A program made the translations under genes and the position numbers. 64,000 bases of DNA, from NCBI GenBank assembly GCA_963762255.1, contig CAVXKA010000003.1, positions 896,001 to 960,000 on the forward strand, read 5' to 3'. This stretch comes from Candidatus Eiseniibacteriota bacterium. GTDB taxonomy: Bacteria > Eisenbacteria > RBG-16-71-46 > JABDJR01. The notes under the pieces were generated by a model, which worked only from the letters and a program-made list of their open reading frames with translations, was not told where the DNA came from and searched no databases. This document shows positions 19,501 through 29,025 of the stretch, piece after piece (the stretch's first letter is position 1; the number at the start of each line of letters is the position of its first letter).

Positions 19501-19615
19501 GCGCGACCTCGCGCCCCAGCCGGTTGTCGCGGGCGAGATAGACGTCGCCCATCCCGCCCGCGCCCAGCTTGTCGAGTACGGTATACGGACCGAGTTCGGT
19601 CCCCGCAGCGATCAT
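16556..19615 (-). CDS. Hanks-type Ser/Thr kinase fused to a STAND (NB-ARC/AfsR-like) ATPase and TPR repeats
   Basis: 'LGAGGMGDVY', 'HRDLKPGN', 'DFGLA', 'GTPGYMSPE'; Walker A 'GVGGSGKT', 'LDNCEHL', 'LDGIPLAIELAAAR'; C-terminal TPRs. Confidence 0.93.
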   Translation of the reverse strand: MIAAGTELGPYTVLDKLGAGGMGDVYLARDNRLGREVALKMLPGPFARDPQRLALFRREALTLAALNHPHIAIIHGFEEPAPGTLFLVLERVEGESLAERLARGPLAVEEALQVCAKVAEALEVAHERGVIHRDLKPGNVMLGPRGVVKVLDFGLARTAESSASGRSSPAPPPDTWDGEATLVGASVDEAADDEVVGTPGYMSPEQIRAEPQDARTDVFAFGCLLYECLSGRRAFSGRTLAEVFAATLEREIDGSALPALTPSRVRELLGRCLIKDVGGRLPEIRLARTEIEEALGIRRASALRTGEGVAATANNLPGSATSFVGRERETEECLRLLGDARILTLTGVGGSGKTRLALQVAARLLPEYPDGIWFVDLASVTEPDRVVVALALSLGLRDEPGKTTAQALVEHLGARRALILLDNCEHLVAASGDLAALLLKSCADVRLLATSREALGVAGEVAFAVPTLRLPSEAIATDPVAMRGYESVRLFLDRASQAQTGFDLTAENGPAVGEICRRLDGIPLAIELAAARVKVLSVEQIRAKLDDRFRLLTGGSRAALPRQQTLRATIQWSYDHLAELERQLSRCLAVFAGGWTLEAATAVWGKDADEFEVLDLITRLVDKSLIVVESLGETARYHYLETVRQYAVERLDEAGETAAVSDRHLDFFLALGEAAEKELVGPNQKEWFARLDVEHPNLLGAMAWCPSTSSGSEKGLRLACALARFWSGRGIYELGRATLGQSLRLDSAAAPTAARAGALVRLGGMALYQGDYAAARSPIEESLAIYRTLGDKKGIARSLSGLATVATYQCDYAAARGYGEEVLAGYEAAGDKRGAAVTLHNLGFLSLCEGDAASAAEFYRRSLGLLKDVGDLKHTALTLADLAVASARLGDLAAAAGGLAGSLSIVREIAAKREGAYALEGVAELAFRLDDPGQAIRFLGAARALREEIGSPLSPAEQQERASFLDRVRTNVGEIAFQQELNRALTLSFEEAVGQAVTWLERSSAGSPIGHPSPELDPQ

Positions 19616-19651
19616 GTCGGCTCGATGGCCACGGGCACGACCCGCGTCCGG

Positions 19652-20818
19652 CTAATTGCCGGCGCCGGCGGCCTCGCGAAGGATGCTGCGCGCGATCACG
19701 AGGCGCTGGACCTGGTTCGTCCCTTCATAGATCTGCGTGATCTTGGCGTCGCGCATATACTTCTCGATCGGGTAGTCCTTGCAGTAGCCGTAGCCGCCGA
19801 AGATCTGCACCGCGTCGGTGGTCACCTTCATCGCGGTATCGGTGGCCATGAGCTTGCACATCGCCGAGAGCTTGGAGATGTTGGGGTTCCCCGAGTCGAT
19901 GGCGCGTGCGGCGGTGTGCACCAGCGCGCGCGCGGCTTCAACCTGGGTGGCCATGTCCGCGAGCATCCACTGGATGCCCTGGAAAGAGCTGACCGACTGC
20001 CCGAACTGCTGGCGCTTGCCGGCGTACTCGACCGCGAGCTCCAACGCGCCCTGAGCCAAGCCGACGGCTTGCGCGGCCACACCGGGGCGGGCCCGATCGA
20101 GGGTCATCATCGCCTGCTTGAAGCCGTGCCCCTCCACACCGCCGAGGAGGTTCTCGGCGGGGACGCGGCACTTCTCCAGGTGGATCTCCACCACCGGCAC
20201 GCAGCGGATGCCCATCTTGTCTTCATGCTTGCCGACCCGATATCCGGGGGTATCGGCATCCACGATCAGCGCGGAGATGCCGCGCGCGCCGCGCTCGGGA
20301 TTGGTCACCGCGAAGATGGCGTTGTAGGAAGCGACCGCGCCGCCGGTGTTCCACTTCTTCTCGCCGTCGATCACGTAGGAGTCCCCCTCCTTGACCGCCC
20401 GGGTCTTCATGGAACCGGCGTCGGAGCCCGCCTCTTTCTCGGAGAGGCCGAACGCGATCAGCTTGTCGCCGGCCGCGATGCCGGGGAGCCAACGCTTCTT
20501 CTGTTCGGGGGTACCGGAAAGGATGATGGGGAACGAGCCGAGCGCGTTGACGGCGAAGCTCACACCCATGCCGCCGCAGGCGCGGGAGAACTCCTCGACC
20601 ACGAGGCACAGATCGAGAACGCCGCCTCCCAGGCCGCCGTATTCCTCGGGAACCCAGACGCCGGATAGCCCGGCCGCCTTGATCGCCTTCTGAACCTCCC
20701 AGGGATAGGTCTGCTCGACGTCGTACTTGGCCGCAACCGGCCGCATGACCTTCTCGGCGATCTCGCGCGCGCGATCCCGCAGATCCATCTGCTTCGTCGT
20801 GTACAGTTCCTTGATCAT
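19652..20818 (-). CDS. Acyl-CoA dehydrogenase (short/branched chain type)
   Basis: 'FGLSEKEAGSDA', 'KMGIR', 'R.QFG', 'QIFGGYGY', 'IYEGTNQVQR'. Confidence 0.95.
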   Translation of the reverse strand: MIKELYTTKQMDLRDRAREIAEKVMRPVAAKYDVEQTYPWEVQKAIKAAGLSGVWVPEEYGGLGGGVLDLCLVVEEFSRACGGMGVSFAVNALGSFPIILSGTPEQKKRWLPGIAAGDKLIAFGLSEKEAGSDAGSMKTRAVKEGDSYVIDGEKKWNTGGAVASYNAIFAVTNPERGARGISALIVDADTPGYRVGKHEDKMGIRCVPVVEIHLEKCRVPAENLLGGVEGHGFKQAMMTLDRARPGVAAQAVGLAQGALELAVEYAGKRQQFGQSVSSFQGIQWMLADMATQVEAARALVHTAARAIDSGNPNISKLSAMCKLMATDTAMKVTTDAVQIFGGYGYCKDYPIEKYMRDAKITQIYEGTNQVQRLVIARSILREAAGAGN

Positions 20819-20890
20819 CTTCTTCTCTCCTCCGCCGACCGGGGGGTCGGGCTGCTCGTCACTTCATTCCACCGTACGCGCGGCTCCGAT

Positions 20891-22288
20891 CTACCGGAAG
20901 CCGGGATCGCTGTTTTCGCGCACGCGCAATTCGCCGTACCCTCCGAGGATCTCCGCCACCGTGTCTTTCACCCCGATGGTGGTGAAGACGAGATTGTCCC
21001 GGCGGAAGTAGCGCTCGATCACGCGATGGCAGTCGGCGAGGGTCACCGCGTCCACATCCCGGAACATGTTGTCCACTCTGGATCGATCGAGGCCGAAGAA
21101 GGCCAGCTCGCTGATGGTGCGGGCCATGTCCGCCGCCGTCTCGTACTCGTAGGGGGTCTGCCCCTTGAAATAGGCCTTGGCCGAGGCCAGTTCTGCCTCG
21201 CTCAAGCCATCCTTGTGCAGGCGGTCGAGCTGGGCGAGAGCGAGATCGATGGCCTGCTTCGTGTTCTCCGTGCCGGTGAAGCTGAACATGAACGCGGCCC
21301 CCGCCACCTTGGGCCGCTCCATGCTGTATCGGGCGCCGTAGGTGAGACCGCTCTTGATGCGCAGCTCCGTGTTGAGCCAGCTCGTGAAGCGCCCGCCGAA
21401 CACGGTGCGGACGAGTTCGGTCGCCGCGTAGTCGGGGTCCGTGAACGAGGGGCCCAGGCTGCCGATCATGAACCACGTCTGCGGCGTGTCGCTCTTGTTG
21501 ACGAGGAGCACGCGCGGCTTGTCGGCCGGGAGCGGCGCCGCAAGCGGGGCAAGGGGCTTGACCGCCCGCGGCATCTTTCCGAACACCTCGCGGATCCTCG
21601 CCGCCGCCTTCCCGGCGTCGATGTCTCCCGCCACGGTGAGGATGGCGCGATCCGCTCCGTAGGTGTCGTGATGGAACTCGACGACATCCGCGCGGGTCAG
21701 CGTGGGAAGGCTCGTCTCGGTCCCTCCCACCGGCCTGCCGTAGGGATGGTCGCCGTAGAGAAACGCGTGATGATAGTCGCCGAGCACGTTGCCGGGATTG
21801 TCCTTGGCTTCCACGACCCCCTCTGCGAGCTGCTGGGTCAGCTTGGCCACCTCGCCCTGATCGAAGCGCGGAGCGAGCACCGCGTCCGCGAGGAGGAGAA
21901 GCCCCGGCTCGAAGTCCTTGGCCAGGACGTTGAGCGTGATCCGCACGCGGTCATAGTTGACGGACGTGTTGAAGTCCGCGCCCAGGAAATCGACGGCCTG
22001 TGCGAAGGCCTGGGCATCGCGCGCGCCGGCTCCCTTGCGAAGCGATTCCGCGGTAAGGTTGGCGAGCCCCTCTTTCCCCGCGGGATCCGCCGAGGCGCCT
22101 GCGGGGAGCCACATCTCGAAGGTGACGGTGGGCACGGTGGCATGGCGCATGAGCTGCACGGTGAGGCCGTTGTCGAGGGTCACCGTCTCGTAGGCCGGCA
22201 TGCGCAGCGCGTTCTCGGCCTGGGCCGAGCGGATCGCCGTTCCCGTCGACAGGACCGCGAGGACGAGGGTCAAGATCTTGATTCTCAT
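20891..22288 (-). CDS. M16B peptidase, non-catalytic subunit
   Basis: 'TLDNGL', 'FGGRFTSWLNTELRIKSGLTYGA' (R/Y pair); no HxxEH motif; signal peptide. Confidence 0.9.
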   Translation of the reverse strand: MRIKILTLVLAVLSTGTAIRSAQAENALRMPAYETVTLDNGLTVQLMRHATVPTVTFEMWLPAGASADPAGKEGLANLTAESLRKGAGARDAQAFAQAVDFLGADFNTSVNYDRVRITLNVLAKDFEPGLLLLADAVLAPRFDQGEVAKLTQQLAEGVVEAKDNPGNVLGDYHHAFLYGDHPYGRPVGGTETSLPTLTRADVVEFHHDTYGADRAILTVAGDIDAGKAAARIREVFGKMPRAVKPLAPLAAPLPADKPRVLLVNKSDTPQTWFMIGSLGPSFTDPDYAATELVRTVFGGRFTSWLNTELRIKSGLTYGARYSMERPKVAGAAFMFSFTGTENTKQAIDLALAQLDRLHKDGLSEAELASAKAYFKGQTPYEYETAADMARTISELAFFGLDRSRVDNMFRDVDAVTLADCHRVIERYFRRDNLVFTTIGVKDTVAEILGGYGELRVRENSDPGFR

Positions 22289-23655
22289 CGTCCCGCCTCC
22301 TCCCCTTCCTCCGCCGGTGTGGGGATCAGGGTCACGATCGTGCGGTTGTCCGCGGTGAAGTAGGTCCCCGCCACGCGCATCACGTCTTCGGGCGTGATGG
22401 CCTCGTACTCATGGACCACGTCGAACACGTTCTTCCACCCGCCGTGGAAGAGCTCGAAGGAACCGAGCGCCTGCGCGCGTCCGCTGATCGTGGCCATGTC
22501 GTTGTAGAACCCGGCGATCAGCATGTTCTTCGCCTTGGTGAGATCGTCCGCGGCGAGCGGCTCGGTCTTGAGCCGGTCGATCTCGTCGAAGAGGGCGGCC
22601 TCGACCTTCGGCCCTTCGACCCCCTCCCGACTCTGCACCAGGATCTGATAGAGACCGGGGTCGAAGTTGCTGTCGGTGAAGCCCTCCGCCCAGAGCGCGA
22701 GCTGATCCCGATCGACGAGCCGCCGGTAGAGGCGGCTGCTCTCTCCGCGGGTCAGCACGAGGTTGGCGAGTTCGATCACTCGCAGGTCCGCGTGCGCGGT
22801 CTCGGGGACGTGCCATCCAATGAAGAGACTTCCCATCCCCGCTTCCTTGCGAAGCTCGGCGCGGCGCTCCCCTCGCTGCGGCGGCTCCTGCGTGACCACA
22901 CCGCGCGGAATCTCCCGCGCGGGGAGACTTCCCACCGTCGAGGTAAGCTTGGCAAGGATCTCGGCCCGATCGAAGGCGCCGCACACCACCATCACCGCGT
23001 TGTTGGGCGTGTACCAACTGCGGAAGAAGTTCTCCACGTCCTCCTGTCGCCAGTTCTCGATGTCGCTCCGCCAGCCGATGACGGGCCACGAGTAGGGGTG
23101 GGCCATGTAGGCGGAGGAATAGAGAATCTCGTTCATCAGGTTCTGGTTGCTGTCCTCTCCGCGCTGCCGCTCACTGATGACCACACCGCGTTCGCTCTGA
23201 ACCACCTCGGGGGCGACGGCGAGATAGCCGATGCGGTCCTGTTCCAGGTCGAGGGTGAGATCGAGCGCCGCGACCGGCACCCAGTCCTGGTACACGGTCA
23301 CATCGTTGCTGGTATAGGCGTTGTTGGAGCCCCCCGCCGCTTCCATGGTGCGGTCGAATTCGCCGGGGGGGTATTTCTTCGAGCCGTTGAACATCATGTG
23401 CTCGAAGAAGTGCGCGAGCCCGGTGATCCCGGGGGCCTCGTTACGGCTCCCCACTTTCCAGAAGGTATAGATGGCCAGGTTGGGGATCGTCGGATCCTCC
23501 CAGAGGAGAACTTTCATCCCGTTGGGGAGCATGTGCTCCTCGATTCCCGCCGGGTCCATGGCGCGGGCCGGCGCGACGAGGGTCGTCAGCGCAAGGACGA
23601 GGAAGAGAGCGATCAGGGGCCTTTGAAGCGGCGGTCGGCCGTCCCGTGTGTTCAC
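22285..23655 (-). CDS. M16B zinc peptidase, catalytic subunit
   Basis: 'GLAHFFEHMMFNGS' HxxEH, 'NAYTS.D.T.Y', 'HPYSWPVIGW'. Confidence 0.93.
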   Translation of the reverse strand: MNTRDGRPPLQRPLIALFLVLALTTLVAPARAMDPAGIEEHMLPNGMKVLLWEDPTIPNLAIYTFWKVGSRNEAPGITGLAHFFEHMMFNGSKKYPPGEFDRTMEAAGGSNNAYTSNDVTVYQDWVPVAALDLTLDLEQDRIGYLAVAPEVVQSERGVVISERQRGEDSNQNLMNEILYSSAYMAHPYSWPVIGWRSDIENWRQEDVENFFRSWYTPNNAVMVVCGAFDRAEILAKLTSTVGSLPAREIPRGVVTQEPPQRGERRAELRKEAGMGSLFIGWHVPETAHADLRVIELANLVLTRGESSRLYRRLVDRDQLALWAEGFTDSNFDPGLYQILVQSREGVEGPKVEAALFDEIDRLKTEPLAADDLTKAKNMLIAGFYNDMATISGRAQALGSFELFHGGWKNVFDVVHEYEAITPEDVMRVAGTYFTADNRTIVTLIPTPAEEGEEAGR

Positions 23656-23741
23656 GCTGGTGTCCTCATTGCGTTAAGGCGGAGGAAGATGCCGCACCCC
23701 GGCGGATCGGGGCGCGGGGGCGCAAAGGGGCTTGAAAACTA

Positions 23742-25028
23742 TCACGTGACGCGCGGGGATGGCAATTGCCCGGGGGACGCCTCCCCCCGCGAAATCACCG
23801 TGGCCGCGGCGAGATCGCCGGTCACGTTGAGCGTGGTCCGGCACATATCGAGGAACCGATCCACTCCCAGGATGAGCCCGATTCCCTCGCGGGGGACGCC
23901 CACCATGCCGAGGATCATCGCCACCACCGGGATCGACCCGGCGGGTACGCCGGCCGTTCCGATGCCGCCGAGGATGCACACCAGAACCACCAGAACTTGC
24001 TGCCCGATCGAGAGCGGCACCCCGTAGAACTGCGCGAGAAAGAGAACGGTGACTCCCTCGAAAAGCGCGGTGCCGTTCTGATTCGCGGTGGAGCCGATGG
24101 TGAGCACGAAGCGGCTGACGTGCGGAGGGAGCTTCAGCTCCTCCTGCGCCACCTTGAGCGCGGTGGGAAGCGTCGCATTGCTCGATGCGGTCGAGAACGC
24201 GGTGATCATAGCTTCCTGGATGTCCCGGAAGAAGGCGATCGGGTTGCGCCCGCCGAGAAACCGCACCGCGGCCGAGTAGACTACGAACTGCTGGATGGCC
24301 AGCGCCAGCAACACCACCCCCACGTAGCGCGCGAGCTGCACGAGGATGCCGTAGCCGAGCTGCGCGGTGAGGGTGAAGAGGAGTGCGGCCACTCCGAACG
24401 GCGCCCACGAGATCAAGAGATCGATGAGGCGCATCGTGACGTCGTAGAGGCCTTCGAGCATCCCCTGGAAGCGGCGCGCGGCCTCGGTGGGTGTCAGCGC
24501 AAGCCCGATCCCCACCATGAGCGAGAAGAACATCACCGCCAGCATGTCCCCGTTGGCCGCCGCACGGATGGGATTGTCGGGCACGATCTGCACGAGAAGA
24601 TCGAGACCGGTCTTGGGGGCCTGCGCGCTCCCCAGCGCCGCGGCACGCTCCGCGGCGCCCTGCGTGATGATCGCGCGGGTGGCCTCGGAGATGCCCTCGC
24701 CGGGCTTGAGGACATTGACAAGGACGATTCCCAGCACCACGGCGATCGAGGAGAGGAGCACCGTATAGGCGAGCGTCTTGAGGCCGATGCGGCCAAGACT
24801 CTTCAGGTCGCCGAGTCCCGTCACCCCGAGCGCGAGCGCGGAGAAGATGAGCGGGATGACGAGCATGAACAGGAGACGGAGAAAGATCTGCCCGGCGGGT
24901 TGCGTGCCATAGCGGATGACGGCATCGAGCCACGGTTCACCCGCGGCAAGCACGTGACAGAGGACGCCGAGCGCGACGCCCAGGCCACCTCCGATCAGCA
25001 TGCGGGTGTGAAGGGGGAGCTTGCGCAC
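23742..25028 (-). CDS. Dicarboxylate/amino acid:cation symporter (GltP/DAACS)
   Basis: 'AFSTASSNATLP', 'GSTANQNGTALFE', 'GTAGVPAG', 'DRFLDMCRTTLNVTGD'. GTG start chosen from promoter geometry. Confidence 0.93.
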   Translation of the reverse strand: MRKLPLHTRMLIGGGLGVALGVLCHVLAAGEPWLDAVIRYGTQPAGQIFLRLLFMLVIPLIFSALALGVTGLGDLKSLGRIGLKTLAYTVLLSSIAVVLGIVLVNVLKPGEGISEATRAIITQGAAERAAALGSAQAPKTGLDLLVQIVPDNPIRAAANGDMLAVMFFSLMVGIGLALTPTEAARRFQGMLEGLYDVTMRLIDLLISWAPFGVAALLFTLTAQLGYGILVQLARYVGVVLLALAIQQFVVYSAAVRFLGGRNPIAFFRDIQEAMITAFSTASSNATLPTALKVAQEELKLPPHVSRFVLTIGSTANQNGTALFEGVTVLFLAQFYGVPLSIGQQVLVVLVCILGGIGTAGVPAGSIPVVAMILGMVGVPREGIGLILGVDRFLDMCRTTLNVTGDLAAATVISRGEASPGQLPSPRVT

Positions 25029-25034
25029 GCGCGG

Positions 25035-25119
25035 AGTATCGGGGGTCGGACCCGGGGTTTCAAGTGCGACCAAGCAGCCGGTGGGACGCGTTGAGCCGGT
25101 CACCGCCCCTTGCTAGACT
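25035..25119. promoter_or_regulatory. Divergent sigma70 promoters for the symporter (-) and GT2 (+)
   Basis: Minus strand: TTGAAA-N17-GATACT-N6-GTG. Plus strand: TTGAGC-N17-TAGACT-N9-ATG. Confidence 0.6.
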
Positions 25120-25128
25120 CCCCCGGCC

Positions 25129-26025
25129 ATGGTCGCCCCTATCGCCTCCGCATCCGCTCTGCCGCGGTTCGTCGTCATCAGCGCGGTCCGCGACGAGGAA
25201 CGCGCTCTTCCCCGCACCATCGCCTCGATGCTCGCGCAGACCGCGCGCCCGGCGGCGTGGATCGTGGTGGACGACGGGTCCACCGACGCCACGCCACGCA
25301 TCCTCGCGGAGGCGGCCGCCGGCGCCCCCTGGATCCGCGTGGTGACGCTCCCCCGCGAGCCGCACGACAGCTCCGGAGAGGCCGCGTCGCTGGCATTCAA
25401 CCGCGTGCTCCCTCTGGCGCGCGAGCACGACCCCGACGCGGTGGCCATGCTGGACGGCGACACCGAGTTCGAACCCGACTTCTACGAGCGGTTGCTTGGC
25501 GCGCTCGCTGCGGACCCGCGGCTCGGCATCGTCGGCGCCGACGCGCTCGAGCCGCATGCGAACGGCACCTGGGGGCGCGTGCGCATCCCGCACTACCACG
25601 TGCACGGCGCGGTCAAGGTGTACCGACGTGCCTGCCTCGAGCTGATCGGCGGGCTCGAGCCGGGGATCGCCTGGGACACGGTCGACATCGTGCGCGCGCG
25701 TTTGCGCGGCTGGGATACGCGCACGCTCTCCGAAGTGACCTTCCGCCATCTACGGGTGACGGGAAGCGCGGGGGGGCTCGCCAGGGCGCCATGGATCCGC
25801 GGCCGCGCCGCGTATCTCGCCGGCTACCATCCGCTCTTCGCGCTTGCACGCGCCGTGCGCAACATGTTCCGGCCGCCTCTGGTGACCGGCGGGCTCCACT
25901 TCCTGCGGGGATTTCTCTCCGGCTATCGCGAGCACGCGCGGCGCATGCTCCTTCCGGACGAGATCCGCGCGTTCCGGCACGAGCAGATGCGAGCCCTGAC
26001 CGGCCGCAAGTCGTGGTGGCGATGA
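25129..26025 (+). CDS. Glycosyltransferase family 2
   Basis: 'ISAVRDEE', 'VDDGSTDAT', DxD 'LDGD', 'GIAWDTVD'. Confidence 0.9.
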   Translation: MVAPIASASALPRFVVISAVRDEERALPRTIASMLAQTARPAAWIVVDDGSTDATPRILAEAAAGAPWIRVVTLPREPHDSSGEAASLAFNRVLPLAREHDPDAVAMLDGDTEFEPDFYERLLGALAADPRLGIVGADALEPHANGTWGRVRIPHYHVHGAVKVYRRACLELIGGLEPGIAWDTVDIVRARLRGWDTRTLSEVTFRHLRVTGSAGGLARAPWIRGRAAYLAGYHPLFALARAVRNMFRPPLVTGGLHFLRGFLSGYREHARRMLLPDEIRAFRHEQMRALTGRKSWWR

Positions 26026-27281
26026 GCGCGAATCGGCCCGACCCCGTCGCGACGAGCACGAACCCGCCCGGTCCCGGGGCGGGGCCGCGCCGACCGCGGC
26101 GCGCGCTGCACCTGGTCTACAGCCACTACGCGAGCGATCCCCGCACGCGCCGCCAGGCCGAAGCGCTGCGCGACGCGGGGTGGGAAGTGACCGTGCGCTG
26201 TCTCGCGCGCGAAGGCGAACCGACGCGGACCGCGCTCGACGGAGTGCGGGTACACGCGACGTACGTCCCGCGCTACCGGGGGCGATCGCTCCTCAGATAC
26301 CTGCGCTCCTACGGACGGTTCCTGGCCGGCGCCGCCGCCGAGCTGGCCGCCCATCCGCGTCGCTACGACTTCGTGCACGTGCACAGCCTCCCCGACTTCG
26401 CCGTGCACGCCGCGCACCCCGCGCGATGGAGCGGCGTTGGCGTCGTGCTCGACATCCACGATCTCGTGCCGGAACTCTTCATCGAGCGCTTCGGGACCGA
26501 GCGCGCGTGGGCACTACGGTTGGCGAAACTCTCAGAGCGACTGAGCTGCGCCTCGGCGACGCATGTGTTGACCGCCAACGAACAGTTCCGGGAGCGGCTG
26601 ATTGCGCGAGGTATCTCCGCGGAGAAGATCTCGCTCAACCTGAACCTGCCCGACGAGAAGGTGTTCTGGCGCGACGATCCGCCCGCGCCGCCGCAGACGC
26701 CGGTGCTGGCTTATCACGGCACGCTGGTGCCTCGGTATGGACCCGACCTGCTGCTGGAAGCGGCGGCCCGGCTCGTGCCGCGGTTTCCAGATCTCACCGT
26801 GCGGATCGTGGGTGACGGGGATCAGCGCGAGGAGTTGGTGCGCCGCGCGGGGCAGCTCGATCTCGCCGGCCGCGTGTGGATGAGCCCCGATCGCGTGCCG
26901 ATCCACGGCATCCCCGACGCGCTCGGGCAGGTCAGCGTGGGCGTGGTGGCCAACCGCCCCGACAGCTTCTCGCGGCTCGTGCTGCCGACCAAACTCCTCG
27001 AGTACCTCGCGCTCGGGATTCCTGCGGTGGTGACGCGCACCGAGACCACCGACTACTACTTCGAGCCCGGCGAGCTGACCACGGTGGAGCGCCCGGACGC
27101 GGATTCCCTGGCGCAAGCGATCGCGCCGCTTCTGGCGGATCCCGCCGAGGCCCGCCGTTCTCTCGACCGCGCCCGCCGATTCTTCACCCGCCACGCCTGG
27201 GAGCGGGAGCGCGCGGAGTACGTGGCGCTGGCCGAGCGCCTGGCGCGGCGGACTACTCCTTCTTCGGCGGTCCCGGAATAA
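26022..27281 (+). CDS. Glycosyltransferase family 4
   Basis: ATGA overlap; 'DPRTRRQA..L', 'HSLPD', 'DIHDLVPE', 'YHG', 'PTKLLEYLALGIP'. Confidence 0.9.
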   Translation: MSANRPDPVATSTNPPGPGAGPRRPRRALHLVYSHYASDPRTRRQAEALRDAGWEVTVRCLAREGEPTRTALDGVRVHATYVPRYRGRSLLRYLRSYGRFLAGAAAELAAHPRRYDFVHVHSLPDFAVHAAHPARWSGVGVVLDIHDLVPELFIERFGTERAWALRLAKLSERLSCASATHVLTANEQFRERLIARGISAEKISLNLNLPDEKVFWRDDPPAPPQTPVLAYHGTLVPRYGPDLLLEAAARLVPRFPDLTVRIVGDGDQREELVRRAGQLDLAGRVWMSPDRVPIHGIPDALGQVSVGVVANRPDSFSRLVLPTKLLEYLALGIPAVVTRTETTDYYFEPGELTTVERPDADSLAQAIAPLLADPAEARRSLDRARRFFTRHAWERERAEYVALAERLARRTTPSSAVPE

Positions 27282-28139
27282 TCACTTCGAGCGCCAGACT
27301 CCAGCCCCGCTCACCGTCCAACCGCCAGATGTGTAGGTAGGAACCTGGGCCGTCGGCGTTCGGGTCCGCTGGGACGGGCGCTGCGGTACCGTAGCTGTAG
27401 CCGAAATCTCCGGAGGAGGATCCGCCTGCGCCGATCGGCGTGCAGCTCCAGGAGCCCCCGCGCGCGGCCAGCTCGCGAGCCGCGGTGTCCCGACCCACCC
27501 ACGGCGGGGCGCCGTCCCGATACACGCGCACATCGTCGGTCGCGGCGTCGGCGAGCACCGTCGAGAAACTATCCTCGGTGGCGGCATCAGCGAGCATCTG
27601 GTCTCCTCATCGAGGACCGCGGTCGCGGGATCGGCGCAGCGGAGAACGCCCGCCGAGGCACGAAGGATGGGGACCTCTCGCACGACCACGCTGTCGAGCG
27701 GCGCCGGGAGCCCGATGCCGATGTCGGCCAGCACCTTCCACCCCGAGTCGGGCGTCGCATGCCAGACCGAGATGTAGTAGCCCCACGCGATCGCTTTCCC
27801 CTCGGGGCCGCCCTCGCGATACTCCCAGGGGCCGGTCGTGTACCCCAAGTCCCCCGCCTCTGCGATCTCCGCGTGGACCGGTTGCCAGATCAACGCCCCC
27901 GGGCGGGACGGGCGCTCGCGATAGAACGCCTTCCCGTTGACCGGCTGCGGACGGAACACGACGCCGTCGTCGTCGAGAAACTCCAGGAACGCCTCCCGCA
28001 TTCCCTTCTCCACGGAAGCCCGCGCGAAGGCGCGCTCGGCGTCAACGATGGACTGCGCTTCAGCAGGAGCGCCCTCGACTCGGTTCGCGGCAAAGCCTCC
28101 GACCAGGAGCACGACGGCAACGCACGGCTTCAGGATCAT
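27253..28139 (-). pseudogene. Secreted tandem NTF2-like (DUF4440) protein interrupted by a frameshift near 27600 (pseudogene or assembly error)
   Basis: The N-terminal frame carries 'AERAFA', 'GDLGYTTGPW', 'YISVW...WK'. The second NTF2 domain ('SGDFGYSYG', 'GSYLHIWR') is in a different frame. Confidence 0.75.
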
Positions 28140-28144
28140 TCGTC

Positions 28145-28948
28145 CTACCCCCTGATGAAGATCATTTGATACAGCGTGAGCAGTATCTCGAACACGATGA
28201 GGATGACGATGTACCACTCCACGCGAAGCATGCGCGAGTCCTGCATCAGCTCGAGGACCGTGTTCGCCGTGCGCGAGACGAGCTCGAGCTTGCGCTCCAG
28301 GATCTCATGGCGTTCGCGGATCTCGAACTCGTCCTCCAGCCGCTGGTAGAGACGCTCGAGATCGGGGCGCTCCCAGAGCACGTCGGGCTTGTCCCCCACC
28401 GCCACCCGCCCGATCATCTTTTGTTCGCTGGAGAGGGTCCCGCCGATGAGCTTGAGCAGTTCGCGCCCGTGGTGGCGTCCGCGCTTGCGGCGCTCGAGCC
28501 CGGTGGCGAAGGGCTCGATGAGGTCGAAGGCCTGGGCGATCGTGGCCTCGTTGCGGGCCAGCGCCACGCTCTTCCCGAGGATGTCGGCAAGCAACTGGAG
28601 GCGCTCGACGGTGCCGTCGATGAAGTAGATCGCGCCCCCCTCCATGCGCTCCTGCGCGGCGGGATCGACCCGGATCTCCACCGATTCGGTCTCGGGCTGG
28701 GGATACGGCTGCCCGACGAGCGGCTTCAAGGCCGCGAGGAAGGAGGCTTCCTCCATGGGGGCGACGTCGAAGAGCACGACAGCCCCGTACCGGAAGAGCA
28801 CGGCCACCCCACCCCCCTGAACGCTGACGGTGAGCGGGGCGGGAGCGATGCGGTCGGTGGCCTCCAGGGCACGCAGGTCGATGCGTTCTCCGAGAAGCAG
28901 CGCCCGACCGGTAACGGTAGATTTCGCGATCGACAGGCCCTTGTCCAT
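28145..28948 (-). CDS. RMD1/DUF155 family protein
   Basis: 'LFRYGAVVLF', 'DKPDVLWE.P.LERLY..L.DEFEI.ER', 'RVEWYIVILIVFEI'. Confidence 0.92.
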   Translation of the reverse strand: MDKGLSIAKSTVTGRALLLGERIDLRALEATDRIAPAPLTVSVQGGGVAVLFRYGAVVLFDVAPMEEASFLAALKPLVGQPYPQPETESVEIRVDPAAQERMEGGAIYFIDGTVERLQLLADILGKSVALARNEATIAQAFDLIEPFATGLERRKRGRHHGRELLKLIGGTLSSEQKMIGRVAVGDKPDVLWERPDLERLYQRLEDEFEIRERHEILERKLELVSRTANTVLELMQDSRMLRVEWYIVILIVFEILLTLYQMIFIRG

Positions 28949-29025
28949 GGGATACCCCCCCCTCTCTCGGATTCTCACCCCAGGGTAGCGCTTCCGATTG
29001 ACCGTGTCGCGTGCGCGGGATGAGA

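Noticed and set aside
18539-20668. Long antisense or alternate-frame ORFs (e.g. 18539-20668, 9174-11564, 55317-57653, 48270-50156, 62220-63821)
   Set aside because: Shadow ORFs of well-supported genes, expected at high GC; Arg/Pro/Gly-rich with no motifs.
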